In this document: one piece after another, positions 61,049 through 64,000 of the stretch
Position numbering within the stretch: the first letter of the stretch is position 1
How the letters are laid out: the number at the start of each line of letters is the position of its first letter
Source of the DNA: Eutreptiella sp. 'Long Island Sound 2002'
Taxonomy: Eukaryota; Protista; Euglenida
NCBI GenBank assembly: GCA_964036045.1
Contig: OZ038378.1
Span: 23,932,001 to 23,996,000 of the forward strand
DNA length: 64,000 nt
Reading direction: 5' to 3'
The notes under the pieces: model-generated
Database searches by the model: none
Told to the model about the DNA's origin: nothing
Seen by the model: only the letters and a program-made list of their open reading frames with translations
Translations under genes and position numbers: made by a program

Positions 61049-61893
61049 GCACGCAGTGCGCACGCAGTGCGCACGCAGTGCGCACGCAGTGCAAAGTTTT
61101 GGATGTCGGCCAATACTCGAACCCTAGTTTTGGCCCCTTTTGACAAGTTTTTGGTTCCATACAAGGGTTTTTTGGCCTCCCAAGCATTTAGGACGTGGCA
61201 TATTTGAATTGTCAACCATTTCCTAGATTCTTGTCCATTTTGGAATGTAAATTGTGTAAATGCCCCTTCCCTGTGGCAGAGTCTGCTGGGGCTGTGTAGC
61301 CAATTCGCCGAGACCGCCACCTGAAGATCCGTGCATACTTGAGGGCAAGACAAGGGCGACATTTCCAAAAATCATTGGGCCCCAACCGTCCGGTGCTATT
61401 GAGGAAACCGGGACAATCTTTGAATCCACGCTTTGTTGCGTGGTGCATCATGGTGACCCCCGGCGTAGGTTTTGAGTTTTGATTTTGTTCCCTTTGTCGG
61501 GGACCCCCGAGAATGCAGGGGTGACGTAGCATTTCTGCCCTCTTTTGGGCCCCAACCGTCCGGTGCTATTGAGGAAACCGGGACAATCTTTGAATCCACG
61601 CTTTGTTGTGTGGTGCATCATGGTGACCCCTGGCGTAGGTTTTGAGTTTTGATTTTGTTCCCTCTGTTGCTATGTTGCTATGTTCAATTCGCCGATACCG
61701 GCATCTGAAGATCCCTGCCTCGAGCTTTCATACCCCTGCAGTTTTGTTGTTCTGATTTGGGCTTTGCTGCTTCGCCGTGCTACTGGACAGATGAGTGGTA
61801 TTCTTGGGTGAGTATCCTAGCCTCTGCGTGCGCAGTATGCACGCAGTGCGCACGCAGTGCGCACGCAGTGCGCACGCAGTGCGCACGCAGTGC
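61049..61893. repeat. Element bounded by (GCACGCAGTGC)n tracts with internal ~115-bp duplication
   Basis: 11-bp repeats at 61049-61092 and 61839-61893; duplicate at 61381-61495 and 61552-61665; includes a piece of the 108-bp unit. Confidence 0.85.
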
Positions 61894-62645
61894 AAACACT
61901 TAGCCTCAAATCTCCCTTTGGGAAGGGGGGCTTAATTTCTCAATGAGCGTACCAACATGGTTGACATGGATGAGAAAGCATACACATGGGCGCAATACGA
62001 TGGGGCCCCTGGCCCTTGCAGAAAAACATTGATTCAGAATGATGATCCACCACCTGTGCAGTGCACAATTTTTGTTCTTTTTGTTACGCACTTTTTACGA
62101 GGGATGGCGAGCAATAAATGTTTGGACAGCTTTTTTCATGCATGTGGATTTCATCCCCCGTCCTTGAATTTCCATGCAGGCAGATCAGTCTGTTGGGCTC
62201 TGCTTCTTGCCAGCACATCTCACCTGCGGCCTTGTCATGGGCCTCATGCCACACATGCCCCTTCACGCCAATACTGTTTCTAGTGCTGTCGGGTGCAGGG
62301 CACATGGCCTTGGCTGGCTTCTAACCCAGCTGCCGGTTGGCCCACAACCGACAGCAGCAAGATTATTCTGAGAGAGATTTGTGCCTGTGTGTCTGATCCA
62401 CTTGGTGCACTTCCAGCTTACCTATTGTTGCAGCTCCACCCATGCTTATGCCTTTGCTCGGGCCTGTGCTGATCCCATGGCTCTTTCTCTGTGTAGGATT
62501 ATTTGCCAAGTAGTGCATTTGACTGAGTGGCCGCGCAACGTGTGTGGACATGCCAACAGGTGGACATGGGCATGCGAACAAGCTGAACATTCCTGCATCC
62601 CATTCCATATGTAAATCACGAACCAACCAGCTTGCACCCATTTAG

Positions 62646-63428
62646 GACCTGCCCGATACACCAAGTTTAACAACCAGCACCCTCCACCCACGACCCTGGG
62701 GCATAACCCTACAACCGTCCAGCTGGTAAAGTATCTCACCATAACTGTTCACAACCCTACAAGCAACAGTTGGACTTTCTGCCTCCACTGGTTTCACATG
62801 TGCAATCCACATACTTCGCTTTCTTGCACTGACGCATGATGCCATAGTGTTGAAACAACCTTGGGCACTGGCAGAGTGCACAGGGGATGTCAAGCCCCCA
62901 TCCCCCCAGTGCCCAGACAAAATTTTCTGTTTGAAAATCGTGTTTGACTGGTCATACAGCCGAACTGAAGGGGGCAAACCATTGACAAGGCATGCGGTTG
63001 TGAATCAAGTTGTCCTTGATCCATTTGCCATGCAGCTTCTCACTGTTGCAATACACAAGGAAGTCGGCACCCAGTCACCAGTCAGGCCTCGCACTGAGGT
63101 GGTTGAGGGCTGTTTGCAGGTAATTACTGTCCAGGGAGGAAACAAAGGACCGGCACAGTGGCGTGATGCCACCGTAGCTGGGGATCTTAAAACCCTGGCT
63201 GGTTCCTGCTCCTCCTTTTCCTCATCCCTCCCGCCCCACAACCCCTGGTACCTCCCACACTTTCAAGGTATGGGGGAAATGGTGCTGATTTTGACGCAAG
63301 GTCCTTGTCAGAGCAATCCGATCATTTTCTGTTTGGATGGGCATGCTTCAGACGGGGATTTGAGTGGAGCAGACAGCTCGGGGAAGAAAGATTCTCATTT
63401 CCGACAGCTGAGCCAGCATGCAGCCTGA
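62646..63428 (+). CDS. Candidate 3' exons (62646-62725, 63060-63119, terminal exon from 63301)
   Basis: AG/GT-bounded open segments (PARYTKFNNQHPPPTTLGHNPTTVQL; EVGTQSPVRPRTEVVEGCLQ); no recognisable domain, and the exon chain is ambiguous. Confidence 0.25.
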
Positions 63429-64000
63429 ACAATTTTCCCAACAGTCCATTAACCACAATCTCTTGGCACTGCACTTTCGCCTGGATTGGGCATCATGAGT
63501 TCCTTCCTGTCCTGTGCCTGCAATATGATTTTACAGTGCAATCAGCAGTAAGTGGGATTTCATGATGGCCGATTGGAGGTTTTACCAAGTCCGAATCTAG
63601 AGGCTATTGTCCAGATGTGAGGCGCCTTGTTTCCACCCTTCATGGGTTGGGTTTCACCCCCTGTGCACTTGGGACCCCACTCCTCGCTTGTCAGGCTGAC
63701 ATCCCCATTTCTAACCAACCTTCGCCTGGATGTGGCATTTTCCCAGGGTGCTGCAAACCACACCCTGGGGGGTCATAGTTGGTTTGGTAGGAGGGGGTGT
63801 TATTGACACTAGATAACAACAGTGTCCTGGGCTGGCCCAGCTGTGCTTGAGAAGCAATGTTGACCCTGTGCAGTCACTGCCGATCAGCAATTGATCCCAA
63901 TCACTTATGACCCCAGGTGTACCTAGGCACCCACTAAGGGTTGGTCGGGTTTTTGCTTACGGGGGGTGGGGGGTTGATAGAGCCCCTGATACCTTGGGGG

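Overview
Eukaryotic, repeat-rich genomic DNA. A euglenozoan-type protist is my guess from sequence style; the sequence does not prove it. The window is dominated by one + strand, intron-rich gene. I can splice 16 GT-AG exons (7474-44521, 2166 nt, 722 codons) into a phase-consistent, stop-free protein made of right-handed parallel beta-helix (PbH1/CASH, FBXO11-like) repeats. Two likely further exons lie at 58428-58541 and 59064-59660, with weaker candidates out to about 63.4 kb. The 5' end was not found. The introns (0.2-14 kb) are packed with nested mobile DNA: two decayed hAT transposases, a MULE-type element with a 9-bp TSD carrying a Ulp1/SENP-type cysteine protease, further Ulp1 copies (one split by a 4.85-kb TIR element with its C-half inverted), and two ~5-kb non-autonomous TIR elements with 8-bp TSDs. 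There are also 186-bp and 108-bp tandem arrays. The two least explained patterns are (i) a family of 1.1-1.8-kb modules joined by degenerate TTAGGG/CCCTAA tracts and (ii) a recurrent 22-bp palindrome GTTCTACTG-N4-CAGTAGAAC in the first 6 kb, often lying at the 3' end of small introns. Most ORFs in the supplied track are artefacts of repeats. No rRNA, tRNA or CRISPR features were recognised.
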